DNA of 64,000 nt. It comes from Octopus sinensis. Its lineage: Eukaryota. The notes below the pieces were generated by a model. That model searched no databases and had not been told where the DNA came from. It saw nothing but the letters and a program-made list of their open reading frames with translations. Made by a program: the position numbers and the translations under genes. Shown piece after piece: positions 38,231 through 52,290 of the stretch. The first letter of the stretch is position 1. Each line of letters starts with the position of its first letter. Location of the stretch: positions 60,822,001-60,886,000 of the forward strand of contig NC_042998.1 in assembly GCF_006345805.1 (NCBI RefSeq). The letters are read 5' to 3'.

Positions 38231-39235
38231 CTTCTGTGTGTGTATGCAAACTAATAAATATTCTTCAAGAATATTGCCGAACGTTCTAGGATTAGTGGCT
38301 GTCTCCATTTTCACAGCCTCTTCTGCTAACGACATCATTACATTCTTAAATTATACACGATGACTAAGAGTGATTGAAAGTGACTGAAGTGATTGTGAAA
38401 CCTTTTGAAAAAATACAGAGAGTAAATAAGATATCCTACTGTCATCTTTTACATAAATAGTAACTGTTAGCTTATTTGATCTTCATTCGCAAACGAATTG
38501 GAATGATTTGTGAAAGAGTTATTTCATTTTATCCATGTGTGCAATGAACTACATAGAGTTTCTCAGAAACTATGAAGTGTCCATTATAAAAGAGATATGC
38601 AAATAAAATAGCAGGCGATGCTAAACAATAAATATCAGTCAGAATAGAATCGTTGACAGGAAACAATGAGCAGATGTTCCTTGTCACTCGTATAAGCTGT
38701 CAAGTTTGTGTGTGTGTGTGTGGTGTGTGCGTTTTCAAGGCCATGGATCTTGCATATGAATTATGTCATGACCATCGACAGGCATGTACATGATAGACGT
38801 TACCATAGTACATCTTCACCCTTCCCATGCTCTCTAATTCTCTAATGCTCTCCTTCTTAGTATGCTTCTCTCTATCTCTCTTTCTCTCCCACTTTAGCTT
38901 TCGTACTTTGTCTCTCTCTCCATACACACGCATATGTGTGTGTGTTTGTGTGTGTGTATTGATAGATAAATAGAGATAGGGGGGAGGAGAGGGTGAGAGA
39001 GATATGTGTAAATACATACATAGATACATATACATGTTATACATACACCCACATATATAGATTGATAGATAATCAATATGAACATAATTAGACATTATAA
39101 ATTGAAGCACATAAAACTACACATAGTTATTTAGCTACCTAGTTACACACACTCGCACACACACACACACACGCACACACACACACACACTCAGATTGAT
39201 AGTAATCAATATAAACATACTCAGGCACTATATAT

Positions 39236-39540
39236 ACGACTGTGGGCTGAAAAGTTTATAGGTTGACAATGAAGGAGTGATGCTAGAGCTGTTAAATCTT
39301 GCTTGCATTAATTTCACCTCTTCTTATTAATAACTTTGTTACTTTCCAGGTAAACTGACATCTGACTGTTCAAAGAAGACTTCAAAAGGAACTAGTAGCA
39401 ACTCTTGAAAACAGACAAAATTTTGCGTTGTGGTGTTATCAAGTACCTGCAGTAAAAGGCTTTAGCTCTCAAGCACATTCATGCTGACATGTTTGCTACA
39501 TTAGGAGATGACGCCTCAGCTCTATTAACAGTGCAAAAAG
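39236..39540 (+). mobile_element. mariner 5' end (TIR plus degraded transposase N-terminus)
   Basis: ta-cgactgtgggctgaaaagttt TIR and remnant GVIKYLQxKGLA...HADMFATLGDDASALLTVQK. A related fragment (MVATLGDCAPNLSAVQK) lies at ~37700-37775 on the minus strand. Confidence 0.7.
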
Positions 39541-39544
39541 ATCG

Positions 39545-40560
39545 ATAAGTCAGGAAGAAGTATAAAAAGGACATGAAGAAGAATTACACAAGAAGGGACA
39601 ACACAATCAATTCCATATAGGCACAATAGAAGTTGCTGGAAAAAAATAGGTGATGAAAGGAACACAAAAGAGACCGAGAGCTCTATACCGGCAGCACAAG
39701 TCCAAGCTCTGGCTACGAACTGGAGGGTCAACCTTAAGAATGAGCAAGTGTCCCCGCTGTGCCGCATCTGCAATAGAGTGGATGAAACCATTACCCATAT
39801 CACGAACGAATGCCCTAGACTTGCCCAAAACCACTACAAGTTGTGACGACACGATCAGGTAACGAAAGTGCTACATTGGAAACTGTGGGAAAAGTGGGGC
39901 TAGAGAGAGCTAAAACGTGGTATGAGCACAAATCACAGAGAGTGGTGAAGCCGGAGACTAGCAATATCCTCTGGGATTTCCCAATCCAAACAGATCATGT
40001 GGTAGAGGATAACAGACCGGATCTAGTGGTGGTGGACAAGGTGCACCACATAAGCTATAGAGTTGATATTTATTTCTTTATTGCCCACAGTGGGGCTAAA
40101 CATAGTGGGGATACACAAGGACAGACAAAGGGATTATGTCGATTACATCGACCCCAGTGCGTAACTGGTAGTTATTTAATCGTTCCCGAAAGGATGAAAG
40201 CAAAGTCAACCTCGGCGGAATTTGAACTCAGAACGTAGTGGCACACGAAATACCACTAAGCATTTCGCCCGGTGTGCTAACGATTCTGCCAGCTCACCGA
40301 CCTAAACTTATAGAGTTGATATTGCATGCCCCTTTGAGCCACGAATAGTCAAGAAGGAAGGCGAAGAGTGAGATAAGTACAACCTTCTTAAGTACGAAAT
40401 AGAACGGCTACAGAACATGAAGAAGGAGAAAATAGTGCCAATTGCTGGGTCCTTAAAACAGTATCAGAAGTTATCAAGGGGAATAGAGTGCCCAGTAGAA
40501 CTGTTACAAAAGATTTGCCTCCTTGGCATAATAATCCAGAATAACGTCCAGAATAATCAG
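39545..40560 (+). mobile_element. R4/Dong-like non-LTR retrotransposon 3' fragment (CCHC knuckle plus restriction-like endonuclease)
   Basis: CRICNRVDETITHITNEC, WYEHK, ILWDFPIQTDH, NRPDLVVVDK, VDIACPF and LLQKICLLG motifs. Contains stops and a SINE insertion. Confidence 0.75.
40071..40308 (-). mobile_element. SINE family A monomer with 15-bp TSD, inserted in the R4/Dong-like LINE
   Basis: tatagagttgatatt at 40056-40070 and 40309-40323. Confidence 0.9.
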
Positions 40561-40679
40561 GAAAGTATTAGCTGAAAAGAACGGATAGCATGGTACCGTA
40601 GGCTGCAGATAGCAAGACCGCTATCGACGTAAGACTCCAGGAGCTCCAACAAAACGGTAATGAAGAGAAAAAATAATGA

Positions 40680-40851
40680 GGTGTGTGTGTGTATGTGTGT
40701 GTGCGTGTGTGTGTGCGTGTGCATGTATGTGCGTACGCATACATACATACAGACACACACACGCACGCACACACACATACACACGCGCGCACACACAACA
40801 CACCCACACACACACATATATATGTATATATATATATATATAAATATGTAT

Positions 40852-40915
<64 letters not shown>
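40680..40915. repeat. (TG)n(CA)n(TA)n compound microsatellite
   Basis: Direct inspection. Confidence 0.95.
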
Positions 40916-40918
<3 letters not shown>

Positions 40919-41132
40919 TTATATATTCGCTTTGCAAGATTCAAGATGTGAATGCGTGTGTTGAAACTGATATTGCTGTATTTGGGTATGGTCACGTTGC
41001 CAGTTTAGCCAATAAAAACACACACACTATATATTTGTGTTCACTTGTTTCAGCTTTATTTTATATTATTTGTATTTTATATACAACAATATACAATATA
41101 TATATATATATATATATATATTTATTTATTTT

Positions 41133-43292
41133 TTTTCTCTAGTTTCAGCTCAGAGCTGCGGCCATGCTGATGCACGCCGTTTTGTGCTACACTGTTATTG
41201 CGAAGAACCTCGTCTAATATGTGGCACTTGGTGAAGAATGGAGTTTGATATAGCTACTCTCATTTGCACCTCTTGCCGTAAGGTAGGTTCATCTGGGACT
41301 CTCGACAGGAAGATGTCCAGCTTTGATTTAAAAACTGCTACATTTACTTTGTGCAAGTTCCTCAGACTCTTTGGGAGAATATTAAAAAGCTGTGGGCCCT
41401 TGAAACCCAGGCTCTTGCAGAAGCTGGTCCTGAAGCGTGATGGCATTGCTGGGATCTTTGGCACTATACAGTGTCGTCCCGTTCTAGCATTGGTGTAGCT
41501 TACAATGCCAAAATTTCGCACAATTCCTTCCAGGATCTTCCAGACATATATTACTGCATACCTCTCCCGTCTTCTCTCCGGGGAGTAAAGTCTTAGCTGT
41601 TTCAACCTTTCCCAGTAGCTGACCTGTTGCAAAGAGACGATCTTCTTTGTGAATCTTCTCTAGATTGCTTCAAGGTCCCCTATTAATTTTACACTGGTGG
41701 GTGACCATAGCTGTGAGCAGTAATCCAGGCGGCTGAGGACGAATGTCCGCCAGAGGACCATCACCGTTTCCTTATCTCTGGTTCTGAATGTTCTTAGGAT
41801 CCACCCAGCCAGTCGTCTGCACTTTGTCGCCATCCTGGTAATGTGCACTTGGAAAGAGGTATCATCACTCATGTCGATACCCAGGTCCCTCACAGACTTA
41901 GGCTCTGGGATTGAAATTCCCTGTGGACCGGTGTATCCTGTATGTTTAATATTCAGTTTTGGATGCTGGTAGCGCAGGGCCTGGAATTTTTCAGCATTAA
42001 ACTGCATATTATTATCTTCAGCCCATCTGTAGATTGCGTCTAACTCCTGCTGCAGGTGTGCAACATCGCTGGGGTTCTGTATTTTCTGCGAGACTTTCGT
42101 ATCGTCTGCATAGCTGGCCAGGTTGGCTATCCGGGCATTTGAGGGCATATCTGAGAGGGCCACTATAAAAAGCAGTGGTCCCAAGACAGTGCCCTGTGGA
42201 ACACCGCTCACTATTTGTGTGTTCATAGAGGTGGCTCCATTAACCACTACTGCCTGATTCCTATCTTTCAGGAAGTCATGTAACCACACTCCGAGTTTTC
42301 CAGCTATGCCGAGGTCACGCAGTTTGTGGCATATCATACCTTGTCAAAAGCTTTTGCAAAATCAAGGTAGATTACGTCCACATTTGATTTGTTGAGTAAC
42401 TGCCTCAACACCCAGTCATAATGTTGTAAGAGCTGGGTCAGGCAGCTCCTACCTGGTCGAAAACCATGCTGGGTATCACTCAGCAAGTTATTTTCCTCAA
42501 GGAATGCAATTAGTTTCTTTCTGACTATCCGTTCCATGACTTTGCTGATGTCTGAAGTCAGAGAGATAGGCCTATAGTTTTTGGCATCTGCTCTACTTCC
42601 CCTGGTTCGTTCACTTGTCTGTGTTCCAACGGGGTGGTAAAGACCCTTTTGAACTGGTCATTCAGCATCTCACTGATCTTAGTTGAACTGTCTGTGAAGG
42701 AGCCATCCTTTTGGAGGAGGGGTCCTATCTTGTAGTGCACTGAGACTGTTTCTTTCGCGTAATGAAAGAAGGCCTTTGGGTTTGATTTAATATTTTTTTA
42801 TAACCCAGGTTTCTTTGTCTGTTTTCTCCTTCACATAGGAGCAGCCTTTTTTCGATCTCCATCAGTGTTGTTTTTAAGTAGGACGTTTCGCTACTTTAGG
42901 GATGTTGGTTGAGACGATTTGCAACCTTCATCCGTCATCTCATGAGGATCTTCCTGTCTCTTGGAATCTTGCTCCTATTTGTTTTGGCCTTGTGCTCTGG
43001 GACATATTTCTGGCACATGGCTTGCACAGAAGACATGAAACATTCTAGTTTCATGTCAATGTCTGGTGTGGAGAGACATTCCGGTCAGTCCTCTCTGAGC
43101 ATCTCTTTTTGGATCGATTTCCAATCTGCTTTGTGGAAGTTCAGATTGGAGAGATTTCGGGTGCTTCCTTTAGGCTGTATGTCTCTGGTTACTTTTGGCC
43201 CAACATAGACAGCTCTATTATGTTGTGATCCGAAACTAATGTCGGTGTCACTTTCACATCATGAATGATGTTCATATTGTTCGTGAAGCAGA
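41133..43292 (-). mobile_element. CR1-clade LINE, 5'-truncated ORF2 pseudogene (end of AP endonuclease, RT, C-terminus)
   Basis: DLCFTN...SDHNIIEL, NYRPISLTS, QHGFRPGRSCLTQLL, YLDFAKAFDKV, SGVPQGTVLGPLLF and YADDTK motifs. Frameshifts and an internal deletion near 42600. Confidence 0.92.
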
Positions 43293-43682
43293 GATCCAGA
43301 TATAATATATATTATATATATATTATATATATATATTATATATATATATATTATATATATTATAATATATGCATGTATGTATGTATAGATGGATGGATAA
43401 TCACGATCACACTAGGCGTGAGTATTTGATTAAGCTGAGAGCAAGTAGTAAGTACAAAGAATAAAAACTTTGACGCAATTGTATTTTGTCTATCGAAGCA
43501 CTTTACTTTCCCCCCGTAATTTTACTCATTGGAAACGACAGCCTCTTCCTGGTCGCTCAACCCCAAAGCCAAAACCTTCTTTAAAAGTGCACTGTATCAT
43601 CCTAAAAAGAAACAAACAAACAAACAAATAAAGTGGGAGAAAAAGAAAGAAAGAAAGAAAGGATGGAAGAAAGAAAGAAAGA

Positions 43683-43720
<38 letters not shown>

Positions 43721-44396
43721 ACATTGGATAGATACTATAATGATGTAATCTGGAGTACGCAATATCTAAAACAGCAAAAAAATGGGATGGTGATGTTTTG
43801 AATACTTTTCGTCACAGGTCTGTTTGACCAAGACCGACTTAGGGCTAAACAACAGCCAGAATAAGAACAACAACATCAATTTTTTCTGCACTTGATGTGA
43901 AATATTGTTGCAGCTGTTCTGATATAGAACTGCATATTTTATAATTAGTTGTTTTATGAAATGCACGAGGGTGGGAGGTTGATGGTGGAGTAGTAGAAAG
44001 TGACAAACACAACCGAAGGTGGGCGACATTTCACCAGTACGCATTCTGTTTCAAACTCTGCATTTCCTTCTAACTTAAGTCCCTTAATTTGCCTACTTTA
44101 CGAATTCATTAAATTCTTTTTCTCTCCGCAGCATCAACAACACATTTTCCCCCACAACCCTCCAACTATGAATATTTAAACTCAGCATTTACTGTACTCC
44201 GTAAGTGAAGGAAATGGTCAGGAGTTGAGACCAGGTCGTCTTTGCAACATTATAGTCCCCGGGAAGATCAATGCACTGGCCCCCATAGCTCTTATTTATT
44301 GATAGGACCGTCTTACCAGAATTTTAGCAACTCGGTCAAATGAATACACTAGTCCCTATGGTTTATATATACCGAAGGGCCGTCTTAGGAGTATTA

Positions 44397-45325
44397 CGAG
44401 GGTCGACTGAAAAGTTCATAGGCTAACTAAGATGCTCCCATAGAATGTGACCAAATGAGGTTTATTTTTCAACATAGCCCCCTCTGCGGTCGATACTTCT
44501 TCTATCTGTGTTGCAGTGCTTGGATCCCATTGATGAAGATGTTTTCATCTTGCTGCTTAAAAAAGTCAACAGCAGATACGACGTCACCATCACTGCAATA
44601 CTGATTCCCAGCCAAGTGTCTTTTCATGTTGGGGAACAGATGATAGTCAGGTGGGACCAAATCAAGAGAATAGGAACGGTGATCAACCAGTTCAAAGCCA
44701 TAGTCACGCACAACAGTCATTCTTTTCTACTCTAGGCACAAGGCCCGAAATTTGGGGGGAGGGGCCAGTCGATTAGATCGACCCCAATACGCAACTGATA
44801 CTTAATTTAGGATGAAAGGCAAAGTCGACTTCGGCGGAATTTGAACTCGGAACGTAAAGACAGATGAAATACCTATTTCTTTTTCTACCCACAAGGGGCT
44901 AAACACAGAGAGGACAAAAAAGGACGGACAAACGGATTAAGTTGATTACATCGACCACAGTGCGTAACTGGTACTTAATATATCGACCCCGAAAGGATGA
45001 AAGGTAAAATCGACCTCGGCGGAATTTGAACTCAGAACGTAATGGCAGACGAAATACCGCTAAGCATTTCGCTCATCGTGCTACCGTTTCTGCCAGCTCG
45101 AGGCACAGCAGTCATTGAAATAATGGACAAGTATGCTGAAGCATTGTCCTGACGAAACAAAGCCTTTTTCGTCAGTTTGGGCGTTTGGTCTTGATAGCTT
45201 TTCGATAGCCTTTCGTAACTTTTGATAGCCTTTCGTAACTGCCTTAGAAAATTGGTATAGTACTCTCCATTGATGGTGTGATGTGACTTCACACTACTGA
45301 AGTCACTAAAAGCTAGCAAGTACTA
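44397..45325 (-). mobile_element. mariner transposon 3' portion, interrupted by a dimeric SINE
   Basis: FELVDHRSYSLDLVPPDYHLFPNMKRHL (cf. HPPYSPDLAPSDYHLF). TIR ta-cgagggtcgactgaaaagttc at 44395. Confidence 0.85.
44722..45102 (-). mobile_element. Second dimeric SINE family A copy with 14-bp TSD (one mismatch)
   Basis: gcacaacagtcatt at 44708-44721 and gcacagcagtcatt at 45103-45116. Same internal junction as 29123-29519. Confidence 0.88.
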
Positions 45326-45758
45326 GGGTCACTATACCTAACAGCTTTCCACCCGTACCACCACCATCACAACCATATGACGATGTGTCTATATTAGAAA
45401 TAATGTTTGTGGCAGTAACAGCCGGTTCGAGCGTCATGTGTTATGACCATATTCTGTCTATAGTTACATCAGTTTGATTACCATTAATGAGAAGAGGGAG
45501 AAAAGTTAGAAACGATAGGACTCCGGACACAACACTATACTGTATTTAGTTTATGAATCTTTACCTCGTGAGTTCGAAACCTGTCTGATTCGACTATATA
45601 TTTTATTTCTACAAGGGTTGATGAAGTATAATAAAAAATGAAAAATACCAGTAGACTAATACTGGAGGTCACATTCAATGACTGCTTCCTTCTCTTTCTA
45701 CCAATTTAAGAAATCGTTATGAGAGACGTCATAGATTAGAAATAAGAAAGAATCTGCC

Positions 45759-45917
45759 AGTACCGTAGCTTTGGTGGGGACAGCGATGAGGCGGCCTGTC
45801 CCGGGTGACACTTATTGAGGTGGCATTTTGGGGTCTACTGAGTAAACCTGTATAGGCGATGGGGTGCAGTATGGGGTGGGGAGGTCTCAAGCACAATTCC
45901 AGGCGGCACACGCTCTA
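45759..45917. mobile_element. Small GC-rich MITE (hAT-like ends)
   Basis: Imperfect TIRs cagtaccgtagct ... agctacgtcact. Confidence 0.45.
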
Positions 45918-46339
45918 GCTACGTCACTTTTCTTTTCTTTCACGTATTTGAAAAAAAAGTTACATGGTGTAAGAAAGCAACAGAGTATCTATAATCTTCA
46001 CAAGCAGTTTTAGACTGATTAAGTTTATGTTGTGTACAAATCGAACTTCAGTAGAATGAACTCCGTAAAGAAAGTGTGAGCTGGATAAGAGTTCCTGTAA
46101 GAGTCGCAAATCTGGGGACGAAGAGCTGGAAGAGGTGTTTAGTATAGAGTTTTAGATATGATGAACGAACTTTTAGGAAAGGCAAAAAATTCCAAATTCC
46201 AACTATCTCTTCGCATCTAAAAAAACAAACAGACAACAAAAAAAAGTTAAGGAATTCAGTTTTCTTTTGAAAGTTGTGGATATTTGGAAGTTTATAAGGT
46301 TTTTATCTCCTTGGAACCTCTTTTAAGTTATCTTCTGCT

Positions 46340-46530
46340 AGATCAGTTAATAGTTATCGTCGTCGTCATCATCATCATCATCACCATCACCATCATCCTC
46401 ATCGTCATTATCATCACCATCATCACCATCACGGCCATCACCACCACCACCACCACCACCACCACCATGATCATCGTCACCATCGGTTTCTTATTAACAA
46501 CATCAGCCATCGTCGTCCTCGCTGTCGTCA
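46340..46530. repeat. Imperfect (CAT/CAC/CGT)n trinucleotide tract
   Basis: Direct inspection. Confidence 0.9.
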
Positions 46531-46829
46531 CCATTGTCCTATCTACATCAAGATGGCACTCACCTCCAAAGTATTTAGAAAGTATTTTTCGCTGCCAAAA
46601 GTTATTTATCATGTGATTACAAATTCACCATGAAGCAAGGGCGGACCATTAAGTTTGTCGATCAATCAGAAACGAGCTGCTAATGTGATGACACAAATCA
46701 ATAATATTAATTTAATTTGAACTTATTTTTTTTAACCGTAATACAAAAATGCTTTTTTTTCTTTCATTTTTCAACTGTCAACAAAATCTTATCAAATTTG
46801 TGGTCGGTCTAAAGAGGTTTTAGAGTTGG

Positions 46830-47063
46830 TGATTACACACACACACACACACACACAGACACACACACATAGAGATAGAGTGTGTATATACTTGTGTATA
46901 TATGTATAAGTATAAATACACACATATTTACACACACACACACATATATATACATACATATACACATGCACACAAGCATACATACATACATACATACATA
47001 TAAATATAGATAGATAGATTTAGATAGAGGTATAAGATGCCCACATGCATATATATATATATT

Positions 47064-47113
<50 letters not shown>

Positions 47114-47189
47114 ATATATATATATATGACACGCATCCATTTCCAATTAAGTTTATCTATGTATATATATACATAAACTTATTTGGAAA

Positions 47190-47252
<63 letters not shown>

Positions 47253-47265
47253 TATATAATATATA

Positions 47266-47301
<36 letters not shown>

Positions 47302-47738
47302 TGTATGTATGTATGTATGTATGTATGTGTGTGTGTGTGATACAGAATGAATATGTTTGTTTATGCATGTTTGAGTGTGTGTGTGTATAAGTGTGTGTGT
47401 GCACGAAAGAGAGAAAGACAGAGACAAAGAGACAGAGAAGGAGAGAGGGAGAGATTACAAGACCACCAGAAAATGAGAGAAGAAAGAGACTGAAGAAGAC
47501 ACTGGAACATAAAAATTCATTCATTGCAATTCAAAATGGCAGCTGAAATAATCCATAGCAATAATAATAATAATAATAATATAATAATAATAATAATATA
47601 ATAATAAATAATAATATAATAATAATAATAATAATAATATAATAATAATAATAATAATAGTAATAATAATAATAATAGTAATAATAATATAATAATAATA
47701 ATAATAATAATAATATAATAATAATAATAATGATAATC

Positions 47739-47771
<33 letters not shown>

Positions 47772-48165
47772 GTAACAGCGACAACAATGATAATAGCATT
47801 ATCAAAAGCAATGTTGAGCAATGACAAATAAAATTATCATTTTAGCATTATTATCGTGATATGAGATAATACCAAATTCGATTAATGAAATTTTGTTTTA
47901 TGGCTTTCAGTTATATTACAATCGTTTGTTTAATTCTTCATTTGCGGAAATGGCAAGAAATGGCTCGATATGGTAAAACCCGTGTAGAGATTAGAATTCT
48001 AAAACTTAATCCGTTTGATTTAAAGTCAAATATAAATATAAATCCCTCTTACTATCTTTTATTCCTTCTTTTCTTTCTTTATTCTTTCTTTCTTACTTTT
48101 CTTTCTTTCTTTCTTTTTTCTTTCTTTCTTTCTTCTTTCTTTCTTTCTTTCATTCTTTCCGTCCG

Positions 48166-48220
<55 letters not shown>

Positions 48221-48224
48221 CTCT

Positions 48225-48276
<52 letters not shown>

Positions 48277-48281
48277 ATATA

Positions 48282-48312
<31 letters not shown>

Positions 48313-48490
48313 TTATCTTCTCGTTTTTCTTGCTTCCGTTTATATCTTTTTATATTTTTACTCCTTTATAATGTCAATATCAATAGTTATTTTTGTGTGT
48401 TTGTGTGTATTTTTTTGTTTGTGTGTATGTGTGCGTATGTTGTGTGTGTGTGTGTGTGTGGTGTGTGTGTGCGTGCGTATGTGTGTGATT
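46830..48490. repeat. Dense microsatellite field: (CA)n, (TA)n, (TATG)n, interrupted (AAT)n 47555-47775, (TTTC)n, (TCTA)n, (TC)n, (TG)n
   Basis: Direct inspection. Confidence 0.95.
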
Positions 48491-48539
48491 ATGTATATAT
48501 GCTTGTTCTAGGCATGACTTTAAGCTGCATCCAGTAGCG

Positions 48540-48900
48540 GAAGCCTTTGTTTTGGGAGTTCCAAAGGGTGTTGGACTACCTCTTAATCATTGCTGTCCCC
48601 AGGTTTTCTTTGATTCAGAGTAGTAACACCTGTCAGGCTCCATCTATGGGTTAGTTAGCATGTAATAGAATTGTTTCCGGAAGAAGGTCCTCTACAGACA
48701 CCCTAACGGACTTAGAACAGACGAGGCCCTTCCTTCGACTCCTCAGCGGCTCAAGAGAAGGTAACTCCATACAAATCCTGCATCTTAGTAACTTGTTGCG
48801 CTGGCCCAATATGTTTGAAGGATGAGACAATGGGAGTGGCTCTCCACAAAACCACGCCCTCTGTAATAAGGCTTCAAATCTTGACACTAGGGCATTCAGT
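48540..48900 (-). mobile_element. Possible LINE ORF2 C-terminal remnant
   Basis: ELPSLEPLRSRRKGLVCSK weakly resembles L2/Crack-type LxxLxxRR C-termini. Confidence 0.3.
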
Positions 48901-49082
48901 TTGGAGGAAGGGGTTAGTCGATTACATCGACCCCAGGGCTCAACTGGTACGTATTTTATCGACCTCGTAAGATGAAAGGCAAAATCAACCTCAATGAAAT
49001 TTGAACTCAGAACGTAAAGACGCACGAAATGCCGCTAGGCATTATGCCCAGCGTGCTTACGATTCTGCCAGCTCGCCGCCTT
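48900..49082 (-). mobile_element. SINE family A
   Basis: Reverse complement of the aaggcggcgagctggcagaatcg head. Confidence 0.85.
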
Positions 49083-49353
49083 CGCGCCCACTGTAATAAT
49101 ATTCATCGGTTGCGTTGTTTAGCAAACCGAGATACCACCACCGACACCATCACACTTTCTTCATAAGTCCAGTGGCAATCCGGAGATAGTGGAGAGAATA
49201 GTTAGTGGATGCTACTGTAAGTCGTCAGCTTTGACTTTGCCCACAGATGGCCATAGGGTGATGAGCATTATTAAGCTGTATCTGGCTGAACACCATATGT
49301 TGAAGCGACAAGAGAATATGTATATGTATGTGTATGTGTGTATAAGAACCTAC

Positions 49354-49384
<31 letters not shown>

Positions 49385-49402
49385 TGTATGTATGTATGTA
49401 TG

Positions 49403-49433
<31 letters not shown>

Positions 49434-49653
49434 GTGGGTGAGTGTAGGAATTATGTACGCACATATGTTGTTATGTATATGTATGTGCGCGTTTGCCTTT
49501 AGGCAAACCCTTCTGCTTAAGAAGGAAAGGTGTAATTTGAGAGAGATTGTAACTGTTATTGCTTGCAGGTCGAGCGTTTCATAGTGGCGTGATATCGATG
49601 GATCAACCTCTGATTTAAACAGCTTTAACCGTGTCGATGTGTCCGCTGTGTTC

Positions 49654-49703
<50 letters not shown>

Positions 49704-50019
49704 AGTGCATGCTGTGAATTGCATGCTTCATTGCATATTTCATTTGGGTTGGCTGTTTGTGGTTCGATATAAAAAAATATATCCACAAGAATCGAATCAC
49801 AAACAGTCAACTCAAATTAAACATGCAATCCACAGTACACAGCATATATACAAATAAAAATCAGCCTTGACCAAGTACTAACACACACGCACAAATTCAC
49901 GTGAAATACTTTAACAAATTCACTGAACCATAAATAATCCATACATCAGACCACATGAAGTACACACTGATGCATACACTCACGCACACACATGCACATA
50001 CACACACATAGACATGTCT

Positions 50020-50305
50020 TGAAATCCTTTACTCCTGACCAAAACAAAATTCAATCGTCATCCTTTTTCAGTCATATCCAATGGCTAGCCATCTCAGCTG
50101 ATGTCCGGATCTCTTTCAAGATGGCGGTTAGCTTGACGATGAAACACGCCGATTGACAACAGCTATCGTTCAAGTCCGATTCCAGTAAAAACCTCTTCAT
50201 CCAACTCTACAACCAGCATCTTTATAGTCTTCCAGAAGTATCTCATAATGCTCATCTTTTCTAAACTGGACAGCATCGACATTGTTTTCATGTAGAACAA
50301 TTAAT
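50020..50305 (-). mobile_element. Degraded mariner-like transposase N-terminal remnant
   Basis: The minus strand resembles VELDEEV...HRxxNRHLxEI...W motifs; very degenerate. Confidence 0.35.
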
Positions 50306-50599
50306 TCAAACAATTAATTCAACAATATGTATTATCTTACATTTCTCATATATTCCTATCTCAAACTTTTTTCTTGTTGGTATTGGAAGGAGGCGTTCCC
50401 ATCCTAAAAGATCTGTTGCAACCAAACTCCACTCCAGTTCTTGTTCATAACTGCTTCTTTCTGTTTTGGGTAACCATCTTAAACCTGACGAACAAATTAG
50501 AAATTTATTGCCATTCCGCTGTTTACAAGCCTTTGAAAGGTGAAGTCTGACGTCACAGTCAATCCCTGTGTATGAAAATGTGATGCTATGACTAATATT

Positions 50600-51100
50600 G
50601 CTTTCAAATTTTGGCCCAAGGCTAACAATTTTCGGGAAAGGGGTTAAGTTGACCCTCGTGTTCATATGATACTTACCAACCACGAAAGAAAAAAAGACAA
50701 AGTCGACCTCGGCGGAATTTGAACTCAGAATGTGAAGACTTACGAAATGCTGCAAAGCATCATGCTGGGCGTGCTAATGATTCTGCCACCTCGCAACCCT
50801 GTCCATGACTAATATTGAATGCTTTCATTAGGCGTAGGAATGGTTGTGTAGTAAGTAGCTTGTTTACCAACCACATGGTTCCGGGTTCAGTCCCACTGCG
50901 TGGCACCTTGGGCAAATGTCTTCTACTATAGCCTCGGACCGACCAAAGCCTTGTGAGTGGATTTGGTATTCGGAAACATACATACATACATACATACATA
51001 CATACATACATACATACATACATACATACATACATACATACATACATACATACATACATACATACATACATACATACATACATACATACATACATACACA
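50600..51100. mobile_element. SINE A (minus, 50600-50795) back to back with a SINE B head (plus, 50828-50975), followed by ~30 units of (CATA)n
   Basis: Recognisable SINE heads; pure CATA array at 50978-51097. Confidence 0.85.
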
Positions 51101-52228
51101 CACACACATATACATGCATATATATATATGAGAGAGAGACAGAGAAACAGACAGAAGTGATGAAGAGGTTACTTAAAACTAAGATTTTCAGATAACGAAA
51201 TCTATTGGTTTCTGTGATTGAACACATATCACCACATTAAAATCAATTTTACAGGATTTCATTTTGAGTAAATTTGCAAAATAACTAAACAACATATGAA
51301 ATTAAAGCATCAAATTTAATGAATTTAAAGAAAATTATATCTTTTCCTCTATAGTTCAATATAATCATGGCCTTTTACGATTTTTACTCAATGTAGGTTG
51401 TAATCTCTCATATTTCTGGTTGACTGATTATAATTCTTGATGCTATTGCTTACATATTCTTGTAACAGCATGAATTATCGTAACTATTTCTTTTAAATTA
51501 CATATATTTTAGATTCAGATACATACTTTTAAATTTTATATTAATGCTGTAGCTATTTGTAGAATCATAGATCCAGAAGTAACCAATAACCAAGGAAGGA
51601 ACTTCACGTGTGTCTGTAGTTCCGGCTAATTCAAGTCAGCCATGCATAAACTATTTTAGGAAGTCAAACTTTCGTATAAATTCTTTAAAAGCTGAAATTG
51701 CTTTCAATAATATTTGTATCCAGTGATTCTTCTAGCTCCGCCAAAGTTATTGTTAATCGATAAGAGATTTAACCAACATTAATTAGAATAGGATCGATAA
51801 AAATCAAGTTTTTATTCTATCCATTTATCTTTTCTTCTTAATGACAGAAATTAGGCAAAACAAACAAAAACAGTATACTTTGATAAAATAAATAACAGAA
51901 TGTAGGTATACTCTATTAGTTTTTAAAACTAAATTACGGAATGAATTCGCCTCATCCTTATCATTATCACTGCGACATATTTTTATGGTAACTTTACTCC
52001 GGTTAACACTTTTAGACAACTCACATTTTGTCGATAGAAAGAATAGAAAAAGTGTTTCAACAAAAAAAGAAAGAAAGAAAGAATGAAAGAAAAAACGAAA
52101 AGAAAAAAAAACGATGAATAGCCGAAATAAAATAAAAAAAAAACTTATTGCCAAGGATACAACACAAAAGAATCGAAGTGTGATATTATTGATTGTAAAT
52201 AAATGCGTCTCTAATGCCTCTTGGAAAT

Positions 52229-52290
<62 letters not shown>

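Noticed and set aside
40557-41142. Many 60-200 aa ORFs in the track (also 21043-21466, 46792-48511, 49189-49810, 50760-51227, 62117-62927)
   Set aside because: They are translations of (TA)n, (CA)n, (AAT)n and (CATA)n microsatellites, which lack stop codons in some frames.
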